Shown here piece after piece: positions 38,896-49,179 of a DNA stretch of 64,000 nucleotides. The DNA comes from an uncultured Chloroflexia bacterium. Its GTDB lineage: Bacteria; Chloroflexota; Anaerolineae; CG2-30-64-16. Each line of letters starts with the position of its first letter. Within the stretch, counting starts at the first letter, position 1. Location of the stretch: positions 1,419,353 through 1,483,352 of the forward strand of contig CAWEMM010000006.1 of NCBI GenBank assembly GCA_963810095.1, written 5' to 3'. Made by a program: the position numbers and the translations under genes. The notes below the pieces were generated by a model that did no database searches, was not told where the DNA came from, and saw only the letters and a program-made list of their open reading frames with translations.

Positions 38896-38928
38896 CGATT
38901 GACACAATCGATCTGCGGGGAGTAAACT
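38896..38928 (+). promoter_or_regulatory. putative promoter TTGACA-18-TAAACT with the palindrome CGATTG-aca-CAATCG across the -35 box
   Basis: The palindrome is at 38896-38910, the -35 box at 38899-38904 and the -10 box at 38923-38928. It lies upstream of the acyl-CoA dehydrogenase gene. Confidence 0.5.
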
Positions 38929-39037
38929 GGCTTTGCCCTCGCGAATCGGAAGTGGGCATGCGGTTAGATGACGCACCGCGCATTTACAATAACGGCGATA
39001 CTGTGCCCCGATCGAGCAAAGGACGGAGGTTGTACCC

Positions 39038-40180
39038 ATGCTGAGCTACAAGCTGACCGACGAACAGGAAATGATCCGGGACATGGCCCGGAGTTTTGCA
39101 AAGAAGGAAATTCTCCCCGTCGCCGAGCACTACGACACGAGTGAAGAGTACCCCTGGCCGATCATCAAGAAGGCCAATCCGCTCGGCTTGATCAGCTCCA
39201 ACATTCCCGAAGCCTACGGTGGGCCGGGCTTTGGCGTCCTCGAAGAGTGCATCATCAACGAGGAACTGGCGTGGGGTTGCTCGGGCATCCAGACCGCGCT
39301 CATGCTGAACAACCTGGCCGCCTGGCCCATCATTTTGGCCGGGAACGAGGCGCAGAAGCAGAAGTACCTCACCCGGCTGACGGCAGGCGGCGAGCTGGCA
39401 TCGTACGGGCTGACCGAGCCGGCGGCCGGGTCAGACGTGGCAGGCATTCTGACGACCGCGGTCAAGAAGGGCGACGAGTATTATCTGAACGGCACCAAGA
39501 CGTGGATCACGAACGCACCCGTCGCGAGTTTCTTCATCATTTTTGCCAAGACCGACCCCGCGGGCCGGCACCGCGGCATGACCGCCTTCATCGTCGAGCG
39601 CAACTGGCCGGGGGTCAGCGTCGGCAAGCCCATCCGCAAGCTGGGGCAGCACGCGGCCTGGACGGGCGAAATCGTGATGGAGGACGTGTGCGTACCGGCC
39701 GAGAACCGGCTGGGCAACGACGGCGACGGGTTCATGATCGCGATGAAGGTCTTCGATCGCTCGCGGCCGCCCGTGGCAGCCGCCGCGGTGGGGGTGGCGA
39801 GGCGGGCGCTGGACGAGGCAACGAAGTATGCCATGGAGCGCAAGGCATTCGGCAAGCCGATTGCTGTGAACCAGGCGATCAGTTTCATGCTGGCCGACAT
39901 GGCGATGAACATCGAGGCGTCGGAGCACCTGACCCGGCACGCCGCGTGGCTGATCGACCAGGGCAAGTCGAACGTGAAGGAAGCGGCCATGGCCAAGGCC
40001 TTTGCGGCCGACACGGTAATGAAGGCGACGACGGACGCGGTACAGGTCTTCGGCGGCTACGGCTACAGCGCTGAATACCCTGTCGAGAAGCTGATGCGCG
40101 ACGCCAAGATTTACCAGATTTACGAGGGCACGAGCCAGATCCAGCGGGTAATCATCGCACGCGAGCTGACAAAGGGCTGA
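39038..40180 (+). CDS. acyl-CoA dehydrogenase
   Basis: This 380-aa protein reads [20 protein letters not shown], and [16 protein letters not shown] at the C-terminus. A GGACGGAGG RBS is present. Confidence 0.92.
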   Translation: MLSYKLTDEQEMIRDMARSFAKKEILPVAEHYDTSEEYPWPIIKKANPLGLISSNIPEAYGGPGFGVLEECIINEELAWGCSGIQTALMLNNLAAWPIILAGNEAQKQKYLTRLTAGGELASYGLTEPAAGSDVAGILTTAVKKGDEYYLNGTKTWITNAPVASFFIIFAKTDPAGRHRGMTAFIVERNWPGVSVGKPIRKLGQHAAWTGEIVMEDVCVPAENRLGNDGDGFMIAMKVFDRSRPPVAAAAVGVARRALDEATKYAMERKAFGKPIAVNQAISFMLADMAMNIEASEHLTRHAAWLIDQGKSNVKEAAMAKAFAADTVMKATTDAVQVFGGYGYSAEYPVEKLMRDAKIYQIYEGTSQIQRVIIARELTKG

Positions 40181-40188
40181 GACGAATT

Positions 40189-40267
40189 AGGACACTGATT
40201 GAACTGTTGAGACGGATGCACCTGATCTCTTTCGCAAAGACAGGGCAGATCAGTTCAATATGCGTCC
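40189..40267. repeat. hairpin element of the GGACACTGAT family (second copy at 46670-46781)
   Basis: It starts 9 nt after the stop codon. GGACACTGATTGAACTG pairs imperfectly with CAGTTCAATATGCGTCC. Confidence 0.45.
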
Positions 40268-40336
40268 CATTCCAGGTCAAAACGCTGACCGCGCCGATGG
40301 TCATGACGGTCGCGGGGCCGGGCGCGTACCAAACCC

Positions 40337-40369
40337 AGACCTCGGAGGTTTTCAAAACCTCCGAGGTCT
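40337..40369 (+). terminator. perfect 16-bp palindromic hairpin
   Basis: The hairpin is AGACCTCGGAGGTTTT-c-AAAACCTCCGAGGTCT followed by TT. It shares the CCTCCGAGG core with the terminator at 38839. Confidence 0.7.
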
Positions 40370-40391
40370 TTGATCGTTTCACGGAGGAAGC

Positions 40392-42888
40392 ATGCCGCCA
40401 TTGGTGAAAGCAACCGCCGCCACGCTAAGCGCCACCCTGACCGGCGTTGGTCGCGCCCGCCGGCCCACGCTGAAAGGCCATCTGCGACTCCCCGAGTTGA
40501 GCGGCCCGGTCGAGGTCTTTCGGGATGCGTGGGGGGTGCCCCATCTCTACGCCGGCAGCGCGGCGGATCTCTGTTTCGCGCAGGGCTTTGTCCATGCCCA
40601 GGACCGGCTTTGGCAGATGGATTTCCAGCGCCGCCTCGTCGCCGGCCGGCTGGCCGAGGTATTGGGGCCGGCGGTGGTGGGCGTGGACCGCAGCCTGCGG
40701 GTGCTCGGCATGTACCGGGTGGCAGAGGCGGAGGTAAGCCTCCTGAGCGCGGAGGCGCGGCGAGAGGCTGAGGCCTACGCCTCGGGCGTCAACGCGGCCA
40801 TCGAACGGCAGCCGCTGCCGGTCGAGTTCACCTTGCTGCGCTACCGGCCTTACCCTTGGCGAGCGGCGGACTCGCTGTGCTGGGCGAAGATGATGTCATG
40901 GGCGCTGTCGGTCAACTGGGAGAGCGAGCTGCTGCGCGCGAGGCTGATCGAAGTGCTGGGCGTAGAGCGGGCCGCGCAGCTCGAGCCGCTGCTGGCAAGC
41001 CCGATTGTAACGGGGGGCGAGCGGCGTCCCGCGCACCCCTACGGGCCGCTGCCGCCGCGGAATGCGGCGCAAGGACGTGAAGGGGCCGCTCAAGCCGACA
41101 GCGCACCAGAAATCCACATGCCTTCCACGCCGGGCACCCCCGGCAGCAATAACTGGGTCATTGCTGGCGCGCACACGGCCAGCGGCAAGCCCCTTCTGGC
41201 GAACGATATGCACCTGTTGGTCTCCGCGCCGGCCATCTGGTACGAGAACCACCTTGTCTGCACCGATCCCGGCAGCCCGGTCGACGTCACCGGCGTTTCA
41301 TTTCCCGGGATTCCTTTTGTGGTCGCCGGGCATAATGACCGCGTGGCCTGGGGCTTTACCAACGGCTTCCCCGACGTGCAGGACCTGTTTGTCGAGCACC
41401 TCCGCCGGACCGAGCGCGGGGTGGAGTACGAGCACCGGGGCCAATGGCTGCCCGCCGAGGTGCGGCGGGAGGAAATCCGGGTCAAGGGCGAGGCCGCGGT
41501 AACGGAAGAAGTCATCGTCACGGTCCACGGGCCGGTCATCAACCGGCTGGCGGTGGGACTGGCGATGCAGCCCGGCGCGGACGGTCTGCCTGAGCAGCCG
41601 CTCGCGTTGTGCTGGACCTCGCTGACGCCCCACCCAATGGTGGAGTCGCTGCGGGCCATGAACCGGGCGAGTTCGTGCGCCGAGTTCCGGGAAGCCTTGC
41701 GCGGCTGGGTCGCGCCGACCCAGAACGTGGTCTATGCGGACACGGACGGCAACATCGGCTACACCTTCGCCGGTCGAGTGCCGATCCGCCCGCGGGGCGA
41801 AGGCCGCGTGCCCGCGCCGGGCTGGACCGGCGAGTATGACTGGGCAGGCTGGATTCCTTTTGAGGAATTGCCGCACCAACAGAACCCGGCCGAGGGCTAC
41901 ATCGTGTCGGCCAACAACCAGCCGGTCGACGAGAGTTATCCGTACTTCATCGGGCGGGAGTTTGCCCTGGGCGACCGGGCCGGCCGGATTGCCGAGCTCA
42001 TCCGCTCGGGTTCCGCCATCAAGCCGAGCGACATCCGGATCATGCAGCTGGACCAGGAGGCGTCGTCGCTGAAGCGGCTCGCGAGTGTCTTGGGCGGGCT
42101 GGAGCCCTCCGAGCCGGAGCTGCGGGGCTTGGTGACCCTGGTCAGGGCATGGGACGGCCGGCTGACGGCGGAAACCCCTGCGGGCACGATCTGCGAGATC
42201 AGCGGCCCGCGAGGTGCAGATGCTGGTGATGAGGGCCGTGTTGGGCGAAGCCGGCGTTAGCGTGACGCCTGAGAACCCGATTCCCCTCGTCGAACGGGTG
42301 TTGGGTCGCGGGCCCACCCCTGGGATCCAGGACTTTAGCGCTTTCTATCACCGAGTTTGGGAGTGGCTGTACTCGGTGTTGGAGGAGCCGGCGTCGGAGT
42401 GGTGGGATCTGGGGGGCGGCGAGACGCGCGACGACGTGCTGCTGGTTGCGCTCCGGCGCACCTACGACTACCTCGCCGACCGACTGGGCCAGCCTGACCT
42501 GCCCGGCTACGCACAATGGGCGTGGGGCCGGCTTCATACCGTGACGTTCGGGCACGTTGCCGGGCAGGCCCCCACGGTGGCGCGCCATTTCAATCGCGGC
42601 CCGTACCCGGTCGGTGGAGATGAAAACACGGTGTTTGCGACCGGCGGCGGTGTGACCCCCGAAGCCAGCCGGGCCGTGGTCGCGCCGCCCTTCCGCTTCA
42701 TCGCGGACCTGTCCGACTTGTCGCGCTGCTACGGCTTGCTGGCCCCGGGCAACTCGGGGCGACCTGACAGCCCGCACTATGATGACCAGGTTGAGGCGTG
42801 GTTCAAGGGAAAGTATCATCCGATGCTGTACAAGCGGGAGGATGTGGAGCGGGGCGCCCGGCGCAAGCTCATTTTGGCGCCGGCATAG
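40392..42888 (+). pseudogene. penicillin acylase (S45 Ntn-hydrolase) family protein; one +1 disruption near 42200
   Basis: The nucleophile context is GSNNWVIAGAHTASGKPLLANDMHL. The N-terminal 600 aa or so lie in ORF 40392..42260 and the C-terminal 224 aa in ORF 42214..42888. Confidence 0.88.
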
Positions 42889-42895
42889 GGGGGCT

Positions 42896-43287
42896 TTCTT
42901 TTGTTGGGGGCCGCCGGCCCCATCCATTGGATATGTCTTCTGTTGGGGGCCGCCGGCCCCCAACGCCCCGGCCGAGGGGCTGCGCCCCCTCGACCCCCAA
43001 ACTTACTCGGGGAACAGTTCATTTGTGGAGCAACGGCTGGGGCCCACGGACCGCTGCGGGGCTGCCAGTTGCGGGCTTGCACGAGGCCGGCATTTTAGGA
43101 AATGCGCGAGCAATAGCCTCCTCGGGGACATGCAGACGCCGATCTCTTTGGCGATAACTACGCCAGGAGCGTAGCAATTGGGGGTCTCGGGGGCAACGCC
43201 CCCGAGGCGGGGTTGGCAGGGGCCGGCCGGCCCCTGCCAAAAGACCGGAACCTCGAAGCGGGGTGGACGGAGGCCGCCGGCCCCTGC
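42896..43287. repeat. composite GC-rich hairpin repeat, copy D (full length)
   Basis: It begins with two GTTGGGGGCCGCCGGCCCC(C)A hairpins. These are followed by CGAGGGGCTGCGCCCCCTCG, GGCTTGCACGAGGCCGGCATTTTAGGAAATGCGC and CTCGGGGGCAACGCCCCCGAG. It ends with two GGCAGGGGCCGGCCGGCCCCTGCC-type hairpins. Confidence 0.8.
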
Positions 43288-45061
43288 CTAACGCCGCGTC
43301 AAGCCCCACACGAATGCGGCGCCGGCCGCGACGAACAGCCCCGTCGTCAGCCCGGACGACCCACTCGACGTCTGGAACATCATTCCCGCCAGGAATAGCC
43401 CGCCCGCTAGCACGGCCCAGGTGAGCCGGTCGACCGAGCGTTCGAGACGGCGGATCGCCTTCGCCGCATCGGGCGCGAGGGCGGTCTGCTGCACCAACTC
43501 GCCGCGCTCGGCCGCGGTGAGGAACCGGTCGAGTCGCACGGGCAGCCGGAGCGCCAGCTGCATGATGCTGCCCAGCTCGTCTAGCACGCCCCGCCAATCG
43601 CGCGCTAGTTCCTGCGATGCGAGACGCTCGGCGAAGGGCAGCGTCGCAGCCCACGGGTCGAAGTGCGGGTCGAGCGTGGTCGCCATGCCCGACAAGATCG
43701 CGACGGCCCGGATCGCGAAGAGCACGTCGGTGGGGAACTGGAAGGGCAGGTCGTACACCAGGTCCCGGTACTCTCGTATGAGGAACGCGGCCTGCTGCAT
43801 GGCCACGCCGGTGAGTTGGCCCATGCGCACGCCGCCGAAGCGGGCGAACAGAACGTCGTGCAACTCCTCGATCCGCTGCCTGTCTGCCCCCGGCAGCAGC
43901 ACGCCCGCGTCGTAATAAGCCTGCACCAGCCGGCGGGCGTCGCGCGTGCCCACCGCGATCGCCACGTCACGCATCGCACCGCGCATGCTCTCCGGGATCA
44001 CCGCCACCATGCCGAAATCCACGAAGATCAGCCAGAACGGCCGCGGACTGCCGGGCGGTGCCGCGGGATCGCGCGGCAGGGGGTGTACGAACAGGTTGCC
44101 GGGATGCGGGTCGGCGTGGACGAAGCTGTGAACGAAGATTTGCTCGAGGTAGGTGTCGTACAGGCGGCGCGCGACTTCGGCCCCGCTGATCCCCGCAGCA
44201 TCCATGGCCGCCACGTCGTCGATCTTGATGCTGGCGACGTTCTCCAGCGTCAAGACGCGGCGGGTGGTGTATTCCCAGAAGACATCCGCAATGTAGATGC
44301 CGGGATCGCCGGCGAAGTCGTCGGCAAACCGGTCCGCGTTGCGGCCCTCTTCGATGAAATCGAGCTCGGCGCGTGTGGTGCGTGCGAACTCGTCGTAGAG
44401 CCGGTCGAGGTCCGCATGCCGGTTGATGGGGGGGTAGAGCTTTAGCCAGTTGGTCGCCAGGCGCAGTGCGGCGAGGTCGGTTTCGACGAGGAGCTCGATG
44501 CGCTTCCGCTGCACCTTCACCACCACTTCCTCGCCGTCCAAGAGCCGCGCCAGGTGCACTTGTGCCAGCGACGCGGCGGCCTGTGGGGTGGGCGAGAGCC
44601 AGGCATAGACCTCTTCGACCGGCCGCTTGAACTCGCCTTCGATCACGGCGCGGACGTCTTCGAGCGTTTCGGCGGGCACCTCGTCCTGCAGACCGCGCAG
44701 CTCAGACGTGACTTCCGGCGGCAGCATGTCGACGCGAATGCTGAGGAACTGCCCCAGCTTGATCAGAACGCCGCCATAGCGAACCGCCAGGGCCCGATAC
44801 CGCTGTGCATGAGCACGCCAGCGCGCGAGGTTGGTTGCCCGCACGTAGGAGCGGAAGCCGGGCAGGTGGCCCAGCACGAGGTTCCAGCCGATGAAGGAGA
44901 GAAAGACACGCGGCGAAGTAGAACGCGACGCGCAAGTAACGCACGCGGTCGAGCGGCGCGCCGGCCGAAGCTGCCGGCTGTACGAAGTTGGAGAGTTCGC
45001 CCAGCGCAACCTGGCTGGCAGGCGCCGTTCTGGGGCGACGGAAGCGGCGCCCAATACTCAT
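43288..45061 (-). pseudogene. ABC1/UbiB-family atypical kinase; one +1 disruption near 44905
   Basis: The N-terminal 50 aa (MSIGRRF...RYLRVAFYFAA) lie in ORF 44702..45061. The rest (VFLSFIGWNLVL...IKLGQFLSIRVDMLPPEVTSELRGLQDEVP...HADPHPGN) lies in ORF 43288..45054. Confidence 0.85.
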
Positions 45062-45132
45062 GCGTCAATTGTACCGCGGTTCATAAGCATGTCAATACGT
45101 GCGGCGTCTCTCCCCCAACTCCCGGGCTGAGG

Positions 45133-45161
45133 TTGACCCGGCGCGACATGCCCTTTATAAT
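45133..45161 (+). promoter_or_regulatory. near-consensus promoter TTGACC-17-TATAAT
   Basis: The -35 box is at 45133-45138 and the -10 box at 45156-45161. This places the likely TSS downstream of the track's ATG 45148, which favours ATG 45235 as the start. Confidence 0.65.
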
Positions 45162-45234
45162 CATTGCGATACAACTATACGCGTTATCCCTGGCGCTCGT
45201 CCTCGGTGCGGCGAGTCACACCACATTGTTGGCA

Positions 45235-45927
45235 ATGATCGAAACGTTCAAGCTGCTATTTTCGAACAATGCAGGCATCCTGGAGATTGTGGCGCTCTCG
45301 CTGAAAGTGTCGGGCATCGCGCTGCTCTTCAGCACGCTAATCGGGATCCCGCTCGGCGCGGCCCTGGGGCTGGGCCGGTTCTTCGGCCGGCGGTTGATGG
45401 TGGCCTTCATGTACACGGGCATGGGGTTTCCACCCGTGGTCGTGGGCCTGTTCGTCTACCTGCTGCTGTCGCGCAGCGGCCCGCTGGGCGGCCTAAACTC
45501 GCCGTACCTGCCGAGCCTCTTCACGCCGGGCGCCATGATCCTCGCGCAGTCGATCATCGCGTTTCCCCTGGTCGCCGGCTTCACGATGGCTGCGGTGATG
45601 GGGGTCGACAAGGCGCTGCGCCAGCAGGTGCGCTCGCTGGGCGCCACGAACTGGCAGACGACGCTGACCGTGCTGCAGGAAGCGCGGATCGGCGTCATCG
45701 TCGCCGTCATCGCGGGTTTCGGCGGGATCATATCAGAGGTGGGCGCGGTGATGCTGGTGGGAGGAAATATCGAGGGCCGGACGCGGGTGATGACGACGGC
45801 CATCGTGCTGGAGACGCGGCAGGGGAACTTCGAGATGGCGCTGGCGCTCGGCGCAATTCTCCTGGCGATCACGTTTGTGGTCAATGTAGTCATGCTGCGC
45901 TTGCAGGGGAAGGCCTTCACGGAATGA
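45235..45927 (+). CDS. ABC transporter permease (TupB/anion-uptake type)
   Basis: The sequence is MIETFKLLFSNNAGILEIVALSLKVSG...LGATNWQTTLTVLQEARIG..., which is TupB-like. An alternative upstream start lies at 45148. Confidence 0.75.
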   Translation: MIETFKLLFSNNAGILEIVALSLKVSGIALLFSTLIGIPLGAALGLGRFFGRRLMVAFMYTGMGFPPVVVGLFVYLLLSRSGPLGGLNSPYLPSLFTPGAMILAQSIIAFPLVAGFTMAAVMGVDKALRQQVRSLGATNWQTTLTVLQEARIGVIVAVIAGFGGIISEVGAVMLVGGNIEGRTRVMTTAIVLETRQGNFEMALALGAILLAITFVVNVVMLRLQGKAFTE

Positions 45928-46664
45928 ACCATGATCTTCGTGCCGCTTATGCCATTGAAGACCTGACGAAGGTTTACCAGAACCGGCAGGTGTTGGGCAT
46001 CGAGCAGTTGGATATTCGCCCCGGCGAGATCCTGGCTGTGGTTGGGCCGAGCGGGTCGGGCAAGAGCACGCTGCTGCGCCTGCTCAATTTCCTCGAATCG
46101 CCCACCGGAGGCCGCATCACGTACCGGGGCGCGCAATTCGATCCCCAGCACGACGTCGCGCTTGACGTGCGCCGTACGGTGACCACGGTCAGCCAACGCC
46201 CCGTGCTGCTGAATCGCTCAGTGCGGGCCAACGTCGAGTATGGACTGCGGCTGCGGGGCCAGCGTGATCGGGGTGGTGAAGTGCGGGCCGCGCTGGAAAA
46301 TGTAGGCCTGGCCGAGCTTGAGCGGCAGGACGCGCGGACGCTCTCGGGGGGTGAGGCGCAGCGGGTGGCGCTGGCCCGCGCGATGGTGATCCGGCCCGAC
46401 GTGCTCCTGCTCGACGAGCCGACCGCGAACCTGGACCCCTATAACGTGGCCGTGATTGAGGATGCTGTGCGGCGGCTCAACGCGGAGCGGGGGACGACCG
46501 TGGTCCTGGTGACCCACAATGTTTTCCAGGCGCACCGCCTTGCGCACCGGGTGGTATTCATCCTCGAAGGCAAGGTGGTGGAGGTGGCCGACACCCAGAC
46601 GTTCTTCGAGCGCCCGGCCGATCCCCGGACGGGCGCATTCGTGCGGGGGGAGATGATTTGCTGA
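45924..46664 (+). CDS. ABC transporter ATP-binding protein (TupC-like)
   Basis: It has Walker A GPSGSGKST, the signature LSGGEAQRVALARA and Walker B LLLDEPTANLD. Its ATG overlaps the permease stop (ATGA). Confidence 0.88.
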   Translation: MNHDLRAAYAIEDLTKVYQNRQVLGIEQLDIRPGEILAVVGPSGSGKSTLLRLLNFLESPTGGRITYRGAQFDPQHDVALDVRRTVTTVSQRPVLLNRSVRANVEYGLRLRGQRDRGGEVRAALENVGLAELERQDARTLSGGEAQRVALARAMVIRPDVLLLDEPTANLDPYNVAVIEDAVRRLNAERGTTVVLVTHNVFQAHRLAHRVVFILEGKVVEVADTQTFFERPADPRTGAFVRGEMIC

Positions 46665-46669
46665 GCGTC

Positions 46670-46781
46670 TGAAATGGGACACTGATGCAACCGGATCTGA
46701 GACCGATCTATCGTTGCTGCGCTGCCTGCGGGAAAAGATCGTGACAATCAGTCCGATCGGTTCGATCAGTGTCCTATTTCA
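46670..46781. repeat. long hairpin element of the GGACACTGAT family
   Basis: TGAAATGGGACACTGAT (46670-86) pairs with ATCAGTGTCCTATTTCA (46765-81), and the arms show further imperfect pairing. It starts 6 nt after the stop codon, between convergent genes. Confidence 0.5.
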
Positions 46782-46812
46782 TCAGCGTTGACCAGCCCTG
46801 CGGGGTGAATGT

Positions 46813-47814
46813 CTATTTGCGCTTCCCGGGGTCTGCCTGTTTTTGTCCGCCGGGCAGCCTGAGCCTCCCGAAGAACATCTCGCGCAGGGACGAGCCCGCA
46901 CTGGGCACCTCGGTCATCTGGTTGGGCGCCGCGTCCCAATTGCCCGTATAAGTGGCATTAAGCCACCGGTAGCCCTCGGCCAGCCCCCGGTCGATCCGAG
47001 CGACCAGTTCATCGGTCTCGCCCGCGGCCAGTTGATCGCGGTACGACGTCAATTCGGCCACCAGCGCGTCCAGCCAATGAATCACATTGTCCCGGTTTGC
47101 CAGTGGCGCCGCGACCGCCTCCTTGCCCGAACGGGCGACCATCAGGGTGCTGGCGAAGAACTGGTTTGCGGCCAGCTTGCGCATGTCCTGCCACCCTGCG
47201 CTGTCCGACGTGGCCGACATCAGTGCGGCGGCCATCAGCGAAGGTAGCTGCTCGACCCCTGCGACGAGCCCGTCATGCTCCTCGGCGTTCAGGAAGAAAG
47301 GTTTTGCACCCATGGCCTCGGCGAGGTCGGCGGCGAGTTGGACCGCGGTCCCGTCGGTGTTAGGGCCCGGGGTCAGGCAGAACAACTTGCCCTCGAAGAG
47401 ATTCGCCCGCGCGCCTTCGGTCTCCAGGGAGTCGGACAACACGACGGGGTGGCCGCCGACGAAATGGACTTCTGGCGGCAGCAGCTCGGCGGCCCACGCC
47501 ATCACCGGTTCCTTCACATCCGCCGTGTCCACGATCACGCAACCGGGGCGCAACTCGCCCTTGATCGCGTCGAGCGTGGACCGGATTTCGCTGACGGGCA
47601 GCGCAAGGATGACGCGGTCCGCGGGCGCCACGGCGTTGATGAGGTTCCACTCCGTGCGGTCGACCGCGCCGGCCCGCTTCGCCTTACTCGAAATCTCGGG
47701 GCTGGGATCGTGGCCGACCACGGTCACCTTTTCGGCGTATTTATGGAGGGCCAGGCCGGCCGATGTTCCGATGATGCCAAGGCCAACGATGGCCACATGC
47801 AGCTTGTCGGGCAT
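46813..47814 (-). CDS. tyrA: prephenate dehydrogenase
   Basis: The sequence is MPDKLHVAIVGLGIIGTSAGLAL (GxGxxG) with HFVGGHPV. The start is taken at ATG 47814, because the 72 aa further upstream in the ORF look non-coding. Confidence 0.85.
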   Translation of the reverse strand: MPDKLHVAIVGLGIIGTSAGLALHKYAEKVTVVGHDPSPEISSKAKRAGAVDRTEWNLINAVAPADRVILALPVSEIRSTLDAIKGELRPGCVIVDTADVKEPVMAWAAELLPPEVHFVGGHPVVLSDSLETEGARANLFEGKLFCLTPGPNTDGTAVQLAADLAEAMGAKPFFLNAEEHDGLVAGVEQLPSLMAAALMSATSDSAGWQDMRKLAANQFFASTLMVARSGKEAVAAPLANRDNVIHWLDALVAELTSYRDQLAAGETDELVARIDRGLAEGYRWLNATYTGNWDAAPNQMTEVPSAGSSLREMFFGRLRLPGGQKQADPGKRK

Positions 47815-47884
47815 AGGGGGTCTCTTTCTTGTTGTTGGGCCGGCAGACGAACGCGCCGGACGGCGCTCGTGGCTCCGCGCTAGA

Positions 47885-48440
47885 TCAGTTGTCGTCGTCG
47901 GCACGCTGCAGCGCAAGCAGCAGCGCGTCTTCGCGCGACGGCGCCGAACCGGCGGGCACGGCGTCCTGGTGCCGGCGCATGAGGCTGACGGCCAGCGGCG
48001 CGCAGCCGGCATCGGATGCGAGACGGGCACTCGTCGCCGGATGATTGGCGTGGGCCCAGAGCGGATAGCGCATGCTGCGCCGGCGCGGCTCGGGCGACGT
48101 CTTCAGCCGCTGCCACGCCCCCGGTGCGAACGCCTTGATCAGGACCACCGCAACCCGGTGAAACAAGGTGACGCCGCCCAGATGCTTGGCCACGTCGTGC
48201 AGCAGCGCGGCCTGGGCGAGGGCCGGGTCGTCAAAGCCGCCCGCCCGCAGCGCAGCCCATACTTTCAGCGCGTGCACCTGGTCAGAGCGGGGCATCCCTC
48301 TGAACAACCGCCAACCTGCCTCGGGCAGCGCCCGCCGGGCACGTGCGAGGTCCTGTTCGTCGGGTCCGCGCCTGCCGCGCCCCCAGTGCCTGCCCGAACT
48401 GGCGCACCCGGTAGGCTACACGCCCGCCAAACCCGGCCAT
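47885..48440 (-). pseudogene. HD-domain protein; one +1 disruption near 48370
   Basis: The first frame reads MAGFGGRVAYRVRQFGQALG. The second reads PDEQDLARARRALPEAGWRLFRGMPRSDQVHAL...ALLHDVAKHLGG. Its ATG shares one base with the upstream stop (TGATG). Confidence 0.7.
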
Positions 48441-49075
48441 CAAATGCCGAGCAGCAGATCGGAAACCTTCGCCGCGCCGACGCTCAGAAAGCCGCCGATG
48501 CTCAATTGGGGCAGCACGAGCGGCACCAGGAAGATCGCCATGAGGATCATCGGGCCGTAGGCCTGCAAGGGAAGCAGCACCGACGAGATACGCTCGCCGA
48601 CAAGCCCGTTCAGCACGGCGAAGCCATCGAGCGGCGGAAGCGGGATCAGGTTGAACAGGAATAGCGTGGCATTGATCAGGATGAACATGTAGACGAAGTC
48701 GAGCACGTTTTGCGACGCGCCCTGCAGCAGGCCCAGGCGATACGCGAGCGCCATCAGGGTTGCCATCAACAGGTTGCTGACCGGACCGGCGGCCGAGACG
48801 AGCGCGTGGCCGACGCGCGGCCCGTACCGCAAGTGATAAGGATTCACCGGCACCGGTTTCGCCCAGCCGAAATGTGCGACCAGCAGGAGGATCGATCCGA
48901 GCGGGTCGAGATGCTTGAGCGGGTTAAGCGTCAGGCGACCCTGCTGCTTGGCCGTGTTGTCTCCCAGCCGGTAGGCCACGAAGGCATGCGCGAGCTCATG
49001 AATAGGGAACCCGACCAGCAGGATCACGAGCAGTGCCGCGAGGGTCGGGAGATCGAGTCCTAAGACGTTTGACAA
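48440..49075 (-). CDS. site-2 protease family (M50) zinc metalloprotease
   Basis: It has HELAHAFVAYRLGD (HExxH) and NLIPLPPLDG, in a multi-TM protein. Confidence 0.85.
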   Translation of the reverse strand: MSNVLGLDLPTLAALLVILLVGFPIHELAHAFVAYRLGDNTAKQQGRLTLNPLKHLDPLGSILLLVAHFGWAKPVPVNPYHLRYGPRVGHALVSAAGPVSNLLMATLMALAYRLGLLQGASQNVLDFVYMFILINATLFLFNLIPLPPLDGFAVLNGLVGERISSVLLPLQAYGPMILMAIFLVPLVLPQLSIGGFLSVGAAKVSDLLLGI

Positions 49076-49104
49076 GGGGTGCTCCGTTCACGTACTTCGG
49101 GCGG

Positions 49105-49133
49105 ATTATAGCATACGGTCCGACGCCCACCAA
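49105..49133 (-). promoter_or_regulatory. putative promoter TTGGTG-17-TATAAT (minus strand) for the M50 operon
   Basis: The -10 box is the reverse complement of 49105-49110 and the -35 box the reverse complement of 49128-49133. Confidence 0.5.
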
Positions 49134-49179
49134 GGCATCTTCATTCCGTTTCGCGTGTGTGTTATGATGATTGCTCCCT

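Noticed and set aside
40207-40407. A 66-aa ORF contains a duplicated KTSEV peptide.
   Set aside because: The duplication is the translation of both arms of the perfect palindrome at 40337-40369. There is no RBS, and the ORF lies in a terminator/repeat region.
45162-45234. A Moco/tungsten-cofactor riboswitch was considered upstream of the TupB-like permease.
   Set aside because: The leader is only about 67 nt, too short for that motif, and it lacks the conserved elements I remember.
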